Shown: positions 45,560 through 56,402, counted from the first letter of the stretch. The stretch: 64,000 bases of DNA from Thermodesulfobacteriota bacterium (GCA_964291405.2 OZ219926.1:576001-640000); one strand, 5' to 3'. Numbers and translations are program-made. Notes: generated by a model not told the origin, from the letters alone.

Positions 45560-46258
45560 TTAACGGAAGGAGCCAGTTGGGTCGACGCGGACTCCTGGCC
45601 CCATGCTGGTACTCACCGTAATACTCTTGAGATAGGTGCCTTTTGCCGAGGCAGGCTTCGCACGCACCAAGCTCTCAAGAAGAGACTGGGCATTATCAAC
45701 GAGCTGCGTTTTTTCAAAGGATGCTTTACCGATCGGCACATGCACATTGCCCGCTTTGTCAACCCGATATTCGACCTTGCCCCCTTTCAGGTCTTGAACC
45801 GCCTGGGCAATATCCGCGGTCACCGTCCCAACTTTCGGATTTGGCATGAGGCCTCGTGGTCCGAGAATTTTTCCGAGCCGCCCCACAACCCCCATCATAT
45901 CTGGGGTGGCAACAGCCTTATCAAACTCCAGCCATCCTTCATCACTGATGCGCTTTGCCAGGTCTTCACCGCCGACAACATCAGCACCCGCATCCTCTGC
46001 CTCTTGGGCCTTCTCCCCCTTGGCGAAAACAGCAACACACACGGATTTCCCAGTTCCGTGAGGAAGGAGCACTGTCCCCCGGATGTTTTGGTCAGCCTTC
46101 CTCGGGTCAACACCGAGTCGTACGGCAAGTTCGACACTCTCATCGAACTTGACGCGTTTCGTCTCGCTGGCAAGGACAAGCGCTTCCTCTAAGGGGTAGC
46201 GCTTGGTCCGGTCGACCTTCTCTTGGGCAGAACGATAGCTTTTGCTTTTTCGAGCCAT
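45560..46258 (-). CDS. rplA: 50S ribosomal protein L1
   Basis: [22 protein letters not shown]. Confidence 0.97.
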   Translation of the reverse strand: MARKSKSYRSAQEKVDRTKRYPLEEALVLASETKRVKFDESVELAVRLGVDPRKADQNIRGTVLLPHGTGKSVCVAVFAKGEKAQEAEDAGADVVGGEDLAKRISDEGWLEFDKAVATPDMMGVVGRLGKILGPRGLMPNPKVGTVTADIAQAVQDLKGGKVEYRVDKAGNVHVPIGKASFEKTQLVDNAQSLLESLVRAKPASAKGTYLKSITVSTSMGPGVRVDPTGSFR

Positions 46259-46259
46259 A

Positions 46260-46685
46260 TCAATTCACCACCTCAATTCCCATGCTGCGCGCCGTCCCGG
46301 CAATAATGCGCATTGCGCCCTCAAGGTCTTTCGCATTCAGGTCCGGCATCTTCGTCGTGGCAATCTCTTCAATCTGTTTTTGAGTTACGGAGCCCTTCAT
46401 CTCCCTCGCCGGTTCACTGGAAGCTTTTTCCAGTCCGGCAGCCTTTTTCAGGAGCGTAGAGGCAGGCGGCGTCTTGGTGATAAAGGAAAAAGAGCGGTCT
46501 ACATAAACGGTAATCACAACGGGAATCAGCAAACCTTGCTGGTCCTGCGTTTTCGCATTGAACGCTTTACAGAATTCCATGATATTGACCCCCCTTTGCC
46601 CAAGGGCAGGGCCAACGGGAGGGCTGGGGTTCGCTTGCCCAGCCGGAATCTGAAGCTTGATTGTTGTGTCTATTTTCTTTGCCAT
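46260..46685 (-). CDS. rplK: 50S ribosomal protein L11
   Basis: [26 protein letters not shown]. Confidence 0.97.
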   Translation of the reverse strand: MAKKIDTTIKLQIPAGQANPSPPVGPALGQRGVNIMEFCKAFNAKTQDQQGLLIPVVITVYVDRSFSFITKTPPASTLLKKAAGLEKASSEPAREMKGSVTQKQIEEIATTKMPDLNAKDLEGAMRIIAGTARSMGIEVVN

Positions 46686-46701
46686 CGATTCTCACCATTA
46701 C

Positions 46702-47241
46702 TTATGCTTTTTCAACCTGGACAAGATCAAGCTCAACCGGAGTGGCCCGGCCAAATATACTAATCAAGACGCGTAACTTCCCCTTATCCGGCTTCACTTC
46801 TTCAACAACGCCGGTAAAATCCTGAAAAGGGCCATCAACAACTTTCACGCCCTCTCCTGTCGCAAATGAGATTTTTGGCTTAGGCCGTATGGCCCCCTCT
46901 TCGACTTGCTGGTGAATCTCGGACACCTCGGCTTCTGACACTGCCGGAATAGTCTGAGGGTCGTTTGTTCCACCAACAAATCCGGTTACTTTGGGCGTTG
47001 ACCGGACAACATGCCAAGTCTCATCATTCATCTCCATCTGTACGAGGATGTAACCCGGAAAAAATTTTCGAGCCGATGTGCGCTTTTTACCTTTGACTAA
47101 CTCAACGACTTGCTCCTCTGGTACTAGCACGTCCCCGAACGCCTCCTGCTTCCCCAGAGTCCGAATACGTTCCTCTAAAGCGGCTTTCGCCTTTCGTTCG
47201 TACCCAGAATAGGTATGGACGATATACCATTGCTTGCCCAT
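46702..47241 (-). CDS. nusG: Transcription termination/antitermination factor NusG
   Basis: WYIVHTYSGYE, FFPGY, KOW domain, IFGR.TPVEL. Confidence 0.96.
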   Translation of the reverse strand: MGKQWYIVHTYSGYERKAKAALEERIRTLGKQEAFGDVLVPEEQVVELVKGKKRTSARKFFPGYILVQMEMNDETWHVVRSTPKVTGFVGGTNDPQTIPAVSEAEVSEIHQQVEEGAIRPKPKISFATGEGVKVVDGPFQDFTGVVEEVKPDKGKLRVLISIFGRATPVELDLVQVEKA

Positions 47242-47267
47242 AACCTCAGGCCCCTTTATACCGATAG

Positions 47268-47462
47268 TTAATTTCCCAGGAACGAGCGAAACAGCCACGA
47301 CAGCACAGCATCGACCGAGAACAAGAACAATGCAACGATTGCAACAAGGAGGAGCACAACCAGCGTCGCCGAGCGAACCTCTTTGCGACTCGGCCAATGA
47401 ACCTTCTGGGTCTCTGCCCACGCCTCTTGGCAGTATGCCCGCGCTGTCTCAAACGCACCCAT
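47268..47462 (-). CDS. secE: Preprotein translocase subunit SecE
   Basis: E..KV.WPSRKE followed by a single TM; lies between tRNA-Trp and nusG. Confidence 0.92.
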   Translation of the reverse strand: MGAFETARAYCQEAWAETQKVHWPSRKEVRSATLVVLLLVAIVALFLFSVDAVLSWLFRSFLGN

Positions 47463-47511
47463 ATAGTACTGTCCTCGTCTCGCTAGAGGAAACGCACCTC
47501 CCCAAAGGGAA

Positions 47512-47586
47512 CGGGTCAGGCAGGACTCGAACCTGCAACCCCCGGATTTGGAGTCCGGTGCTCTATCCAATTCGAGCTACTGACCC
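47512..47586 (-). tRNA. tRNA-Trp(CCA)
   Basis: GGGTCAG/CTGACCC acceptor stem, CTCCAAA anticodon loop, GTTCGAGTC T-loop; 3' CCA not encoded. Confidence 0.95.
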
Positions 47587-47593
47587 TCCTCTC

Positions 47594-47746
47594 TCACACC
47601 TTTACTTCTTTATGTGAGGTATGAGAGCGACAGATCGGGCAAAATTTCCGTCGAACAAGTTTATCGGGGGTGAGTTTCTTATTTTTGGTTGCGGTATAAT
47701 TTTTGTTTTTGCACCGCTCACAAGAAAGTCCAACAAGATCTCTCAT
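47594..47746 (-). CDS. rpmG: 50S ribosomal protein L33 (Zn-ribbon type)
   Basis: Hand translation MRDLVGLSCERCKNKNYTATKNKKLTPDKLVRRKFCPICRSHTSHKEVKV*. Confidence 0.95.
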   Translation of the reverse strand: MRDLVGLSCERCKNKNYTATKNKKLTPDKLVRRKFCPICRSHTSHKEVKV

Positions 47747-47764
47747 AACGATTTCTCTCTTCTC

Positions 47765-48949
47765 TTACTCCAGAATTTTGGTGACGACCCCGGCCCCTAC
47801 CGTGCGGCCCCCCTCCCGAATCGCAAACCGTAACCCCTCATCCATCGCAATCGGCGTCAGTAACGCCACCGTCATCTGCGTGTTGTCCCCCGGCATCACC
47901 ATCTCCGTCCCCTCTTGTAACGTCACCGACCCCGTCACGTCCGTCGTCCGAAAATAAAACTGCGGCCGATACCCATTGAAAAACGGCGTGTGGCGCCCCC
48001 CCTCATCCTTCGTCAACACATACACCTCGGCCTCATACTTCGTGTGCGGCGTGATACTCCCCGGCTTGGCCAACACCTGCCCCCGCTCAATCTCCTCCCG
48101 CTTGATCCCCCGTAGTAAACACCCCACGTTGTCCCCCGCGACCCCTTCGTCTAAGAGCTTGCGGAACATCTCAACACCGGTCACCGTCGTCTTCTGCGTC
48201 TCCCGAATCCCGACGATCTCCACCTCTTCCCCCACTTTGATCCGCCCGCGCTCCACGCGCCCCGTCGCCACCGTCCCGCGTCCCGAAATCGTAAACACGT
48301 CTTCGACGGACATTAAAAACTCTTGGTCCACATCCCGCGCCGGCTCGGGAATAAAACTGTCCACCGCGGCCATCAACTCCAGTACTTGCGCCTCCCCGTC
48401 GGCCTCCCCTTCCAGTGCCCGCAACGCACTCCCCCGAATGATCGGTGTGTCATCACCCGGAAAGTCATACTTCGACAGCAACTCCCGCATCTCTAACTCG
48501 ACTAAGTCCAACAACTCCTCGTCATCCACCATGTCCACCTTGTTCATAAACACTACGATCGCGGGGACTCCCACTTGCCGGGCCAGTAAAATATGCTCCC
48601 GGGTCTGCGGCATCGGCCCGTCCGAGGCCGCCACCACCAATATCGCTCCGTCCATCTGCGCCGCCCCGGTGATCATGTTCTTGATATAGTCCGCATGCCC
48701 CGGACAATCCACGTGCGCATAGTGCCGCTGCTCGGTCTCATATTCCACGTGCGCCGTGTTGATCGTGATCCCCCGCTCCTTCTCCTCCGGCGCTTTGTCA
48801 ATCTCATCAAACGCCACCGCCTCGGCCATCGCCCGCTCGGCTAAGACCTTCGTGATCGCTGCCGTCAGCGTCGTCTTCCCATGGTCAATATGCCCAATCG
48901 TCCCCACATTCATGTGCGGCTTCGTCCGCTCAAACCGCTCCTTCGCCAT
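47765..48949 (-). CDS. tuf: Elongation factor Tu (copy in the tRNA-tuf-secE operon)
   Basis: Same 394-aa protein as 33836-35020. Confidence 0.98.
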   Translation of the reverse strand: MAKERFERTKPHMNVGTIGHIDHGKTTLTAAITKVLAERAMAEAVAFDEIDKAPEEKERGITINTAHVEYETEQRHYAHVDCPGHADYIKNMITGAAQMDGAILVVAASDGPMPQTREHILLARQVGVPAIVVFMNKVDMVDDEELLDLVELEMRELLSKYDFPGDDTPIIRGSALRALEGEADGEAQVLELMAAVDSFIPEPARDVDQEFLMSVEDVFTISGRGTVATGRVERGRIKVGEEVEIVGIRETQKTTVTGVEMFRKLLDEGVAGDNVGCLLRGIKREEIERGQVLAKPGSITPHTKYEAEVYVLTKDEGGRHTPFFNGYRPQFYFRTTDVTGSVTLQEGTEMVMPGDNTQMTVALLTPIAMDEGLRFAIREGGRTVGAGVVTKILE

Positions 48950-49051
48950 CGCTCTCCCTTTCTGCGTAATGCGCCCAACACTGAGAAACTTGTCCCAACC
49001 TTCCCAACAGTCAAGCTTTTAATAACTAGTTTCTTTTGTGAAAATGGGACA

Positions 49052-49124
49052 AGCCCAGGAGCGGGCTTGAACCGCCGACCTCGTCCTTACCAAGGACGTG
49101 CTCTACCGACTGAGCTACCTGGGC
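49052..49124 (-). tRNA. tRNA-Thr(GGT)
   Basis: GCCCAGG acceptor, TTGGTAA anticodon loop, GTTCAAG T-loop. Confidence 0.95.
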
Positions 49125-49234
49125 ATTAGAGTCAATTTTCTCACTTTGTCATAACCTATAGATAGAATGCGGTGTCTGTCCTACAAGATGCTAGAAACAT
49201 TATTAAGGAAATATTGTTCCCTCTTGCAAAATAT

Positions 49235-49311
49235 TGGAGCGGGAAACGGGACTCGAACCCGCGACCCCGAGCTTGGAAGGCTCGCGCTCTAGCCAACTGA
49301 GCTATTCCCGC
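49235..49311 (-). tRNA. tRNA-Gly(TCC)
   Basis: GCGGGAA acceptor, CTTCCAA loop, CCA encoded. Confidence 0.95.
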
Positions 49312-49334
49312 CCAAAGTCTTCCCTGTTTTAGAG

Positions 49335-49417
49335 TGGAGAGGGAAGGATTCGAACCTTCGAAGGCATATGCCGGCAGATTTACAGTCTGCTCCCTTTGGC
49401 CGCTCGGGCACCTCTCC
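49335..49417 (-). tRNA. tRNA-Tyr(GTA)
   Basis: GGAGAGG acceptor, CTGTAAA loop, long variable arm GGCATATGCC. Confidence 0.95.
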
Positions 49418-49443
49418 ATGAGCACGGTTTTCATCTCGACGAA

Positions 49444-49515
49444 AGCTGGCGATAGGAATTGAACCTACAACCTACTGATTACAAATCAGTTGCTCTACCG
49501 TTGAGCTACGCCAGC
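49444..49515 (-). tRNA. tRNA-Thr(TGT)
   Basis: GCTGGCG acceptor, TTTGTAA loop. Confidence 0.95.
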
Positions 49516-49535
49516 GTGACCGAGTATGATTTCCC

Positions 49536-49561
49536 GTAGCTCAATAATGTAGCTCAATAAT
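49536..49561. repeat. 13-nt tandem direct repeat GTAGCTCAATAAT x2
   Basis: Read directly at 49536-49548 and 49549-49561. Confidence 0.9.
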
Positions 49562-49619
49562 TATGTGGATTTCAGGGCCTTTTCAAACGAAACCTTGTTA
49601 TATCTCAGACGAGCAGCCC

Positions 49620-49648
49620 ATCCTACCCTAGCTCATTCCGGCAGTCAA
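49620..49648 (-). promoter_or_regulatory. Sigma70-type promoter of the tRNA-tuf-secE-nusG operon
   Basis: TTGACT, 17-nt spacer, TAGGAT, with an AT-rich UP-like tract upstream (49650-49740). Confidence 0.65.
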
Positions 49649-49777
49649 TAGCAATGAAATTTCTTAAGCTCTTTCCTCTTCGAAAAGAAAATTCCCTTCA
49701 ATTTCTATATCTTACGGATAACTAGCAAAAAAACAACCTGGCGGCAAGTAAGGACGCTCCCATGAGACTTTCTAGTA

Positions 49778-50530
49778 TTACGACGTACGAATCTGACGGA
49801 GCCGTTCATAGAGTACGACGGCACCGGCGACAGAAACATTCAGAGAGGAAATCTGCCCTTCCATCGGTATTGATACTAAGTAATCACAGGTATTCTGGAC
49901 GAGCGGGCGAATTCCTTTACCTTCGCCACCTAGGACGAGAGCGACTTTTCCATGCATATCGAGATCATACACGGTGGCGGTTGCCTGCGGATTGAGTCCG
50001 ACAAGCCAGAAATTTGCTTGTTTTAAGGCCATGAGGGCATGCTGCAAATTGCCAACTCGACATATAGGAAGATATGCTGTTGCCCCAGCGGCGGCTTTTT
50101 CAACACTTGCCGAGAGTTGCGCAGAACGTCGTTTCGTTAATATCACGCCTCCAACCTGCGCTGACTCCGCTGTTCTGAGCAGTGCTCCAAGATTCCGGGG
50201 GTCCACTATCTCATCGAGTACCAGAATACAGTCTACTGGGCTCTGTGTCAGCTCAGTTAGGGTAGCATACTGAAACGGATGCATCTGAGCGGCGACTCCT
50301 TGGTGATTTCCCTCGTGCGTGAAGGCATCAAGGAAAGCTGTGGATTGGTATTGAATGGGTATGTGAAGCTGTCGAGCATGTTGAATGATGCTCTCCGTTT
50401 TTTTCAATCGGAGAGCATAAATGGTCTCAATGGTTTCTGGCTGTGTCCGGAGGTACTCGTTGAGAGGGCGGAGTCCATATATGACACGCGATTTACAGTG
50501 CAACGTATTTCTTCTAGGATTTCGTCTCAT
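49778..50530 (-). CDS. rlmB: 23S rRNA (guanosine-2'-O)-methyltransferase RlmB (TrmH/SPOUT family)
   Basis: NHQGV, DPRNLGALLRTA, GGEGKG, IPM.G..SSLNVSVA. Confidence 0.9.
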   Translation of the reverse strand: MRRNPRRNTLHCKSRVIYGLRPLNEYLRTQPETIETIYALRLKKTESIIQHARQLHIPIQYQSTAFLDAFTHEGNHQGVAAQMHPFQYATLTELTQSPVDCILVLDEIVDPRNLGALLRTAESAQVGGVILTKRRSAQLSASVEKAAAGATAYLPICRVGNLQHALMALKQANFWLVGLNPQATATVYDLDMHGKVALVLGGEGKGIRPLVQNTCDYLVSIPMEGQISSLNVSVAGAVVLYERLRQIRTS

Positions 50531-51707
50531 GGGCAAAATTCTGACACGCTATATCTTCCTCGAAATTGCTCTGCCCTTCTGTCTCAGCTTGCTCATCTTT
50601 ACCTGCATTTTGTTCACGGCGCGTATCCTGGAACTCATTGATTTGGTCATCAGTCGGGGCGTATCAATCCTGCATATCAGTAAAATGCTGTTTTTCGTCC
50701 TTCCTTCTTTTCTCGAAGTGACGGTGCCGATGGCCTTCCTCCTTGCCATTCTGTGGGGATTTGGCCGACTCTCGACAGATAGAGAAATCATTGCGCTGAA
50801 AAGTTGTGGTATGAGTCTTTCTCAAATGGCCGTACCGCTTTCTCTGCTGGCAGTGGTCCTTTTAGGGATCTCTTTTTTCCTCACGCTCTCTGTCCGTCCG
50901 TGGAGTAACGCTGGACTCGATCGTGTGTTCTATGATGTTTCGAAAACACGGGCAACTGCGGGCTTAAGAGAGAAGACGTTCAATAGTGAATTTTCAGGTC
51001 TAGTTATCTATGCGGAAGAAATTGAACCACCAGGGACGGTCCTCAAGGGGATCATGATCGCTGATAGTCGGACTCCACATAGAAAAGATACCATTTTTGC
51101 TCACAATGGCCTCATTGTTCCGAGTGCTAAAGGAAATCTATTGACCCTCCGCTTAAACAAGGGGACTGTGCATAGCATGCAACAGGCAGAAAAGGGTCAT
51201 CAAACCACCCATTTCTCTGTCTATGATGTTACGTTGGATACTGCTGCACTGCTCGCTCACGTGAGCGAGCCGAACCATAGCCCCAAAGATATGACTATAG
51301 CGGAACTCCTCCACCGTTTGTCTCAGAGTCAAGAGGCGTCTTCACAACATAATAAAGCGCTTGTTGAATTCCATCGCCGCCTTGCCCTGCCGTTTGCATG
51401 TGTGGTCTTTAGTCTGATCGCTCTTCCCCTGAGTGTGCGAACGACTTGGGCCTTTCGGTCGGTCGGATTTGGTATAAGCCTCGGCATTATCCTGCTCTAC
51501 TATCTGCTGCTTACTGCCGGGGAGACGTTTGGAGAAAGGGGAGTGCTCTCTCCTGCTATTGCCCTGTGGATACCGAATGTCGTCTTAGGCGGTCTCGGTG
51601 TCTATCTCTTCTCTCGGGTGACGCAAGAAAAACCCCTTTTCCCTCTCCTGGCTTGGTTGTCACAGTGTTTTTCCAAGCGCCCATTGTCCTCTTTTGTCGT
51701 CCAATGA
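50529..51707 (+). CDS. lptF: LPS export ABC transporter permease LptF
   Basis: RYIFLE, P.AFL, RLS.DRE..ALK.CG, EFHRR.ALP; start MGKILTRY at 50529. Confidence 0.88.
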   Translation: MGKILTRYIFLEIALPFCLSLLIFTCILFTARILELIDLVISRGVSILHISKMLFFVLPSFLEVTVPMAFLLAILWGFGRLSTDREIIALKSCGMSLSQMAVPLSLLAVVLLGISFFLTLSVRPWSNAGLDRVFYDVSKTRATAGLREKTFNSEFSGLVIYAEEIEPPGTVLKGIMIADSRTPHRKDTIFAHNGLIVPSAKGNLLTLRLNKGTVHSMQQAEKGHQTTHFSVYDVTLDTAALLAHVSEPNHSPKDMTIAELLHRLSQSQEASSQHNKALVEFHRRLALPFACVVFSLIALPLSVRTTWAFRSVGFGISLGIILLYYLLLTAGETFGERGVLSPAIALWIPNVVLGGLGVYLFSRVTQEKPLFPLLAWLSQCFSKRPLSSFVVQ

Positions 51708-52816
51708 TTCCGATACGGGTTATGGATCAAACGGGCCTTCCTTTTCCTTCTCGACTCATCACAGTCTATCTGTGCAAAGAATTTATTCGTCTCTTTTTAC
51801 TCTGCCTTCTTCTCTTTCTCGGACTCTCACTACTGGTTGATTTCTTTGATCGCTTTAGTAGTTTCGTGAAATACAAAGCCCCCCTCTCCGCTGTAGGCAG
51901 CTATTTTCTTTTTAAATTACCCCTCTTTGTCACCCAGGCTGTCCCTGCCGCGGCACTCGCCGGGTCGCTGCTGAGCCTCGGAATGCTCTCCCGCCATAAG
52001 GAGCTCCAGGCACTCAAAGCCTGTGGTGTGAGCGCCTGGCAGATGGCCGTTCCCCTCCTCGTATCTGCCAGTGTATTAAGTCTTGGTGGATGGGTGTGGA
52101 ATGAGAATGTCGTTCCGTACGCCTTTCACAAGTCCCGATATATCAATACCGTGGAGATTAAAGGCAAGGCTTTTAAAGGTCTCTTTCAGACGCGAGGGTT
52201 CTGGTACCATGGAGCAAACAGCTTCTACCATATCGACCACTTTGATTCACGCCGGAATGTCCTTTCCGGCCTCACTATTTATACCCTCAGTGAGAATTTT
52301 CAGGTGCAGTTTTTAACGAAGATTACTCAAGCCTCTTGGCGAGACGGAAGATGGTATTTTGAAGGAGTCCAGGAGAGCATGCGGGAGCGAGGAGACACGC
52401 AGCATTCGCTCCCGCCATCTCTTCTACTCAAGGAAACACCAGAAGACTTCTCCCTTGTTGCTATGAAATCCGAAGAGTTTTCATCACAGGCGCTCAGGGC
52501 TTATATCGCAGATCTCCAACAAAAGGGCCTCGATACGACAGAATATCAAGTGGACCTCAAACTCAAGGGTGCAATCCCTTTTGCGGCATTCGTTATGACA
52601 CTGTTAGGGGCAGCACTTGCGATACCGGGCGCGAAGCAACTTACCGTGCCAACAGCACTCGCTGCGGCTCTGCTTGTTGGGTTTGGCTACTGGGTCTTTC
52701 TCGCCCTCACCGTTTCTCTCGGTAACGGCGGGCTCCTTCCCCCGACCCTCTCCGCTTGGCTCGCAAATGGGACGCTTAGCTTGGTTGGTATTTATTTCCT
52801 TCTCGGCATCGACTAG
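51704..52816 (+). CDS. lptG: LPS export ABC transporter permease LptG
   Basis: YL.KEF, EL.ALKACGVS, LPP.LSAW; tandem with lptF; start 51704 or 51722. Confidence 0.86.
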   Translation: MIPIRVMDQTGLPFPSRLITVYLCKEFIRLFLLCLLLFLGLSLLVDFFDRFSSFVKYKAPLSAVGSYFLFKLPLFVTQAVPAAALAGSLLSLGMLSRHKELQALKACGVSAWQMAVPLLVSASVLSLGGWVWNENVVPYAFHKSRYINTVEIKGKAFKGLFQTRGFWYHGANSFYHIDHFDSRRNVLSGLTIYTLSENFQVQFLTKITQASWRDGRWYFEGVQESMRERGDTQHSLPPSLLLKETPEDFSLVAMKSEEFSSQALRAYIADLQQKGLDTTEYQVDLKLKGAIPFAAFVMTLLGAALAIPGAKQLTVPTALAAALLVGFGYWVFLALTVSLGNGGLLPPTLSAWLANGTLSLVGIYFLLGID

Positions 52817-52831
52817 TTGGCCTATAAAATC

Positions 52832-53230
52832 TTACCGCTTTGAATACTGAGGGCGCTTCCGCGCTTTGTGCCTGCCATACTTCTTGCGCTCAACTTCTCG
52901 TGAGTCGCGAGTAATAAATCCTTCTTTTTTCAGGGGGGTCCGAAAGTCTGGGTTGGCTTTGAGAAGAGCACGGGTAATCCCATGACGAATAGCAGCAGCT
53001 TGGGCAGAGTTTCCGCCCCCTTGGACGTTGGCCTTGACATCGTATTGGTCTTCCGTTTGCGTCACAATGAGTGGCTGTCGCGCAATCATCCGGATTGCTT
53101 CACGGCCAAAATATTCGTCAAGGGCTTTTTTGTTGACGGTATACCGCCCTTCCCCAGGAAGCAGGCGAACTCTGGCAATCGCTGTTTTTCGTTTTCCAGT
53201 TCCCCAACATTCTGATTGATTCTCAGCCAT
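52832..53230 (-). CDS. rpsI: 30S ribosomal protein S9
   Basis: [22 protein letters not shown]. Confidence 0.97.
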   Translation of the reverse strand: MAENQSECWGTGKRKTAIARVRLLPGEGRYTVNKKALDEYFGREAIRMIARQPLIVTQTEDQYDVKANVQGGGNSAQAAAIRHGITRALLKANPDFRTPLKKEGFITRDSREVERKKYGRHKARKRPQYSKR

Positions 53231-53269
53231 ACAAAGCGCCTTCCTTCTCTCTTTCTCAGCCCCTACTCT

Positions 53270-53704
53270 TTATCGAGCGATGGGCATCTGAGCGGCGTGA
53301 GGGTGGGATGCGTCAGGATAGATTTTTAGTTTCTTTACCAACTTGCGTCCAAGAGCATTCTTCGGCAACATCCCAGCTACCGCCTTTTTCAGGATGTATT
53401 CAGGGGACGACTTGATCAGCTGTTCCGCAGACCGCTGTCGTATACCGCCCGGGTATCCCGTATGCCGGTAGTATTGTTTATCCTGGAGCTTCTTTCCCGT
53501 CAGTCTGACATGACGTGCATTAATAACGACAATAAAGTCTCCAGTGTCAGTATGAGGAGAAAAGGCTGGATTTCCCTTCCCTCGTAAGGCGCTCGCGATG
53601 TTACTTGCAAGACGCCCGACGACTTGGTCTTTCGCGTCGACCAGATACCAAGGGCGTGCGGGGAGCGCTTGTTCCTGGGGTAATGTTTGCGTTTCTTTCT
53701 TCAT
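53270..53704 (-). CDS. rplM: 50S ribosomal protein L13
   Basis: W..VDA, GRLAS, DTGDF, HTGYPGG, HPHAAQ. Confidence 0.97.
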   Translation of the reverse strand: MKKETQTLPQEQALPARPWYLVDAKDQVVGRLASNIASALRGKGNPAFSPHTDTGDFIVVINARHVRLTGKKLQDKQYYRHTGYPGGIRQRSAEQLIKSSPEYILKKAVAGMLPKNALGRKLVKKLKIYPDASHPHAAQMPIAR

Positions 53705-53738
53705 GGATCACAGCACCTTCATCGACAGGTATGAGGGA

Positions 53739-53816
53739 TGGCGGGGCCGACGAGACTCGAACTCGCGACCTCCGGCGTGACAGGCCGGCGTTCTAAACCA
53801 GCTGAACTACGACCCC
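53739..53816 (-). tRNA. tRNA-Asp(GTC)
   Basis: GGGGTCG acceptor, CTGTCAC loop, CCA encoded. Confidence 0.95.
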
Positions 53817-53822
53817 ACCATA

Positions 53823-53894
53823 TGGGCGGTATCCGATTTGAACGGATGGCCCTCGGCTTGTAAGGCCGATGCTCTTCCTCTGAGCTAACCGCCC
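53823..53894 (-). tRNA. tRNA-Val(TAC)
   Basis: GGGCGGT/ACCGCCC acceptor, CTTACAA loop, ATCCG-TTCAAAT-CGGAT T-arm. Confidence 0.93.
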
Positions 53895-53950
53895 TACATG
53901 CAAGGACGAAAGAGGCTAGCGAGCGCACCTTACCCTAAACGAGGCTCTGA

Positions 53951-53979
53951 GCTCTACCACTGCTCCCTTTCCTAGTCAA
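53951..53979 (-). promoter_or_regulatory. Putative sigma70 promoter for tRNA-Val-tRNA-Asp-rplM-rpsI
   Basis: TTGACT, 17-nt spacer ending TGG (extended -10), TAGAGC. Confidence 0.5.
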
Positions 53980-53993
53980 TCCCCTCATGTTTC

Positions 53994-56402
53994 TTAATGG
54001 GTCACGATCTCGGTTGATTCAGTCGGGTCAGGTGCATCGGAAGAATAGAGAGGATCCTCATCAACCACGGTCTCTTTCTTTGCTAGGAATTCCTCGGGCT
54101 CGGCAAGGACGAGCGCATTGCGGAGCACTGCGTCAAGATGGTCAACAGGTTCGACATGGACGGCCCGCAAGATATTCGCTGGAACTTCCTGGAGGTCTTT
54201 TTCGTTTTCAATTGGGACGAGTATTCTTGTTATCCCTCCACGGTGGGCAGCGAGTATCTTCTCCTTAAGCCCACCAATGGGGAGCACACGACCACGCAGG
54301 GTAATTTCTCCGGTCATAGCCGTGTCATGTCGAACCGGGATCTTTGTCAGAGCTGAGACCAGGCAGGTTGCCATTGTCACGCCGGCCGATGGGCCATCTT
54401 TCGGGATCGCTCCTTCTGGAATGTGGATATGCACATCAATGTTCTGGTAAAAATCCTTATCGAGCCCTAACTCATCGGCCCGTGAGCGCACATAGCTCAT
54501 CGCCGCCTGGGCAGATTCTTGCATCACATCGCCAATTTTTCCAGTAATGGTTAACTTCCCTTTACCAGGTACAATGGTCACCTCAGTCGCAAGCAGCTCA
54601 CCTCCCATATCCGTCCAAGCCAAACCCGTCACGACACCAATTTTGTCTTCCTGCTCCGTCTTACTTACCCGATAGCGGACAGGCCCTAAATATTTTTCGA
54701 GGCGTTTCTGATTTAACCGCACATGCGTATCTTTACCCTTTTTGACAACTTCTACTGCAACCTTTCGACACAGCGTCGCAATTTCCCGTTCGAGATTTCT
54801 GACTCCAGATTCTCGAGTATAGGAGCGTACCACGGTAGACAGAATCCGGTCAGAGCACGTGATATTCTGCTCAGTCAGACCGTTTGCTTCACGTTGCTTT
54901 TTAAACAAAAAATGCTTCGCAATATTTAGTTTTTCCCACTCGGTGTAACCAGGGATTCTGATGATCTCCATGCGGTCCTGGAGGGGACGGGGAATCCGCT
55001 CAAGATTATTGGCCGTACAGATAAAAAGAATTTTTGACAGATCGTAATCTACATCAAGGTAATGGTCGTTGAAGGTCGTATTCTGTTCTGGATCAAGGAC
55101 TTCCATCAACGCGGCGGACGGATCCCCCCGAAAATCGGTTGACATCTTGTCGATCTCATCAAGAAGAAAGACCGGGTTCCCTGACCCCGCTTTTTTCATT
55201 CCCTGGATTATTTTCCCAGGCATTGCTCCGATATAGGTCCGTCGGTGCCCCCGAATTTCTGCCTCGTCGCGTACTCCACCGAGGGAGACTCGAACAAACT
55301 CTCGGTCCGTCGAGCGGGCAATGGATTTTCCCAGGGACGTTTTCCCCACCCCCGGAGGACCAACAAAACAGAGAATCGGCCCTTTTAACTCGCCGACAAG
55401 ACTTTGGACGGCAAGATATTCTAGGATACGTTCTTTGACCTTTTCCAGACCGTAGTGGTCCTCGTCTAAAATCTTTTCTGCATCTTGAATGTCCAGCTTA
55501 TCTTCCGTGTATTCATACCAGGGCAGGACGAGCAACCAGTCAATATAGTTTCGCACAACGGTCGCCTCGGCAGACATCGGCGACATCATCTTCAGCTTCT
55601 TGAGTTCCTTTTCTACTTTGTCCCGGGCCTCTTGAGACAGCTTCTTTTGTCGGATTTTTTCTTCGAGCTCTTGCAACTCATTCTTGAATTCGTCTTTTTC
55701 TCCGAGCTCTTTTTGAATGGCCCGCATTTGCTCGTTGAGATAGTACTCCTTCTGGGTCTTTTCCATTTGTTTTTTGACCCGGTTGCGTATCCTCCGCTCC
55801 ACCTCAAGTATCTCAATCTCGGAACGCGTAAAGCTCAATACTTTCTCCAGTCGTTCAGCGGGATCGATCGTTTCAAGCAGGGTCTGTTTATCCTCCAATT
55901 TAATACCAAGGTGGGCAATAATAGTATCGGCGAGTCGAGACGGATCATCAAGCGCCGAGACCGACATAATCATCTCTGGAGGAATCTTCTTATTCAGACG
56001 AACATAGTTCTCAAATGCCGTATTCACGCTTTTCACCAACGCATCGATTTCGGCTTGTCGTTGTGACGTCTCTTCAACCTCCTCCACGTCAGCCCAGAAG
56101 AAGTCATTCTGCTCCACGTATTGGACGACCTGTCCGCGCTGTTTCCCCTCAACCAGCACCTTCACGGTCCCGTCTGGCAACCGGAGGAGTTGCACAACAT
56201 GCCCAATGGTACCCATGGAATAAATGTCATTGGCAATCGGATCATTGACTTTCGCATCACGCTGCGTTGCAAGAAAAATCAGTTTATCGCCGGCAACCGA
56301 CTCTTCGAGCGCCTTAATCGACTTTTGCCGTCCCACAAAGAGGGGAACGACCATGTGAGGAAAAACAATAATATCTCGTAACGGTAAAAGCGGTAGACGC
56401 AC
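53994..56402 (-). CDS. lon: ATP-dependent protease La (Lon)
   Basis: [19 protein letters not shown] Walker A, PKDGPSAG catalytic Ser; GTG start after AAGGAGG (start uncertain). Confidence 0.96.
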   Translation of the reverse strand: MRLPLLPLRDIIVFPHMVVPLFVGRQKSIKALEESVAGDKLIFLATQRDAKVNDPIANDIYSMGTIGHVVQLLRLPDGTVKVLVEGKQRGQVVQYVEQNDFFWADVEEVEETSQRQAEIDALVKSVNTAFENYVRLNKKIPPEMIMSVSALDDPSRLADTIIAHLGIKLEDKQTLLETIDPAERLEKVLSFTRSEIEILEVERRIRNRVKKQMEKTQKEYYLNEQMRAIQKELGEKDEFKNELQELEEKIRQKKLSQEARDKVEKELKKLKMMSPMSAEATVVRNYIDWLLVLPWYEYTEDKLDIQDAEKILDEDHYGLEKVKERILEYLAVQSLVGELKGPILCFVGPPGVGKTSLGKSIARSTDREFVRVSLGGVRDEAEIRGHRRTYIGAMPGKIIQGMKKAGSGNPVFLLDEIDKMSTDFRGDPSAALMEVLDPEQNTTFNDHYLDVDYDLSKILFICTANNLERIPRPLQDRMEIIRIPGYTEWEKLNIAKHFLFKKQREANGLTEQNITCSDRILSTVVRSYTRESGVRNLEREIATLCRKVAVEVVKKGKDTHVRLNQKRLEKYLGPVRYRVSKTEQEDKIGVVTGLAWTDMGGELLATEVTIVPGKGKLTITGKIGDVMQESAQAAMSYVRSRADELGLDKDFYQNIDVHIHIPEGAIPKDGPSAGVTMATCLVSALTKIPVRHDTAMTGEITLRGRVLPIGGLKEKILAAHRGGITRILVPIENEKDLQEVPANILRAVHVEPVDHLDAVLRNALVLAEPEEFLAKKETVVDEDPLYSSDAPDPTESTEIVTH

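Noticed and set aside
53823-53894. tRNA-Val with GGGCC variable loop and ATCCG T-stem as a possible pseudo-tRNA
   Set aside because: All stems pair and the invariant T-loop and D-loop residues are present.
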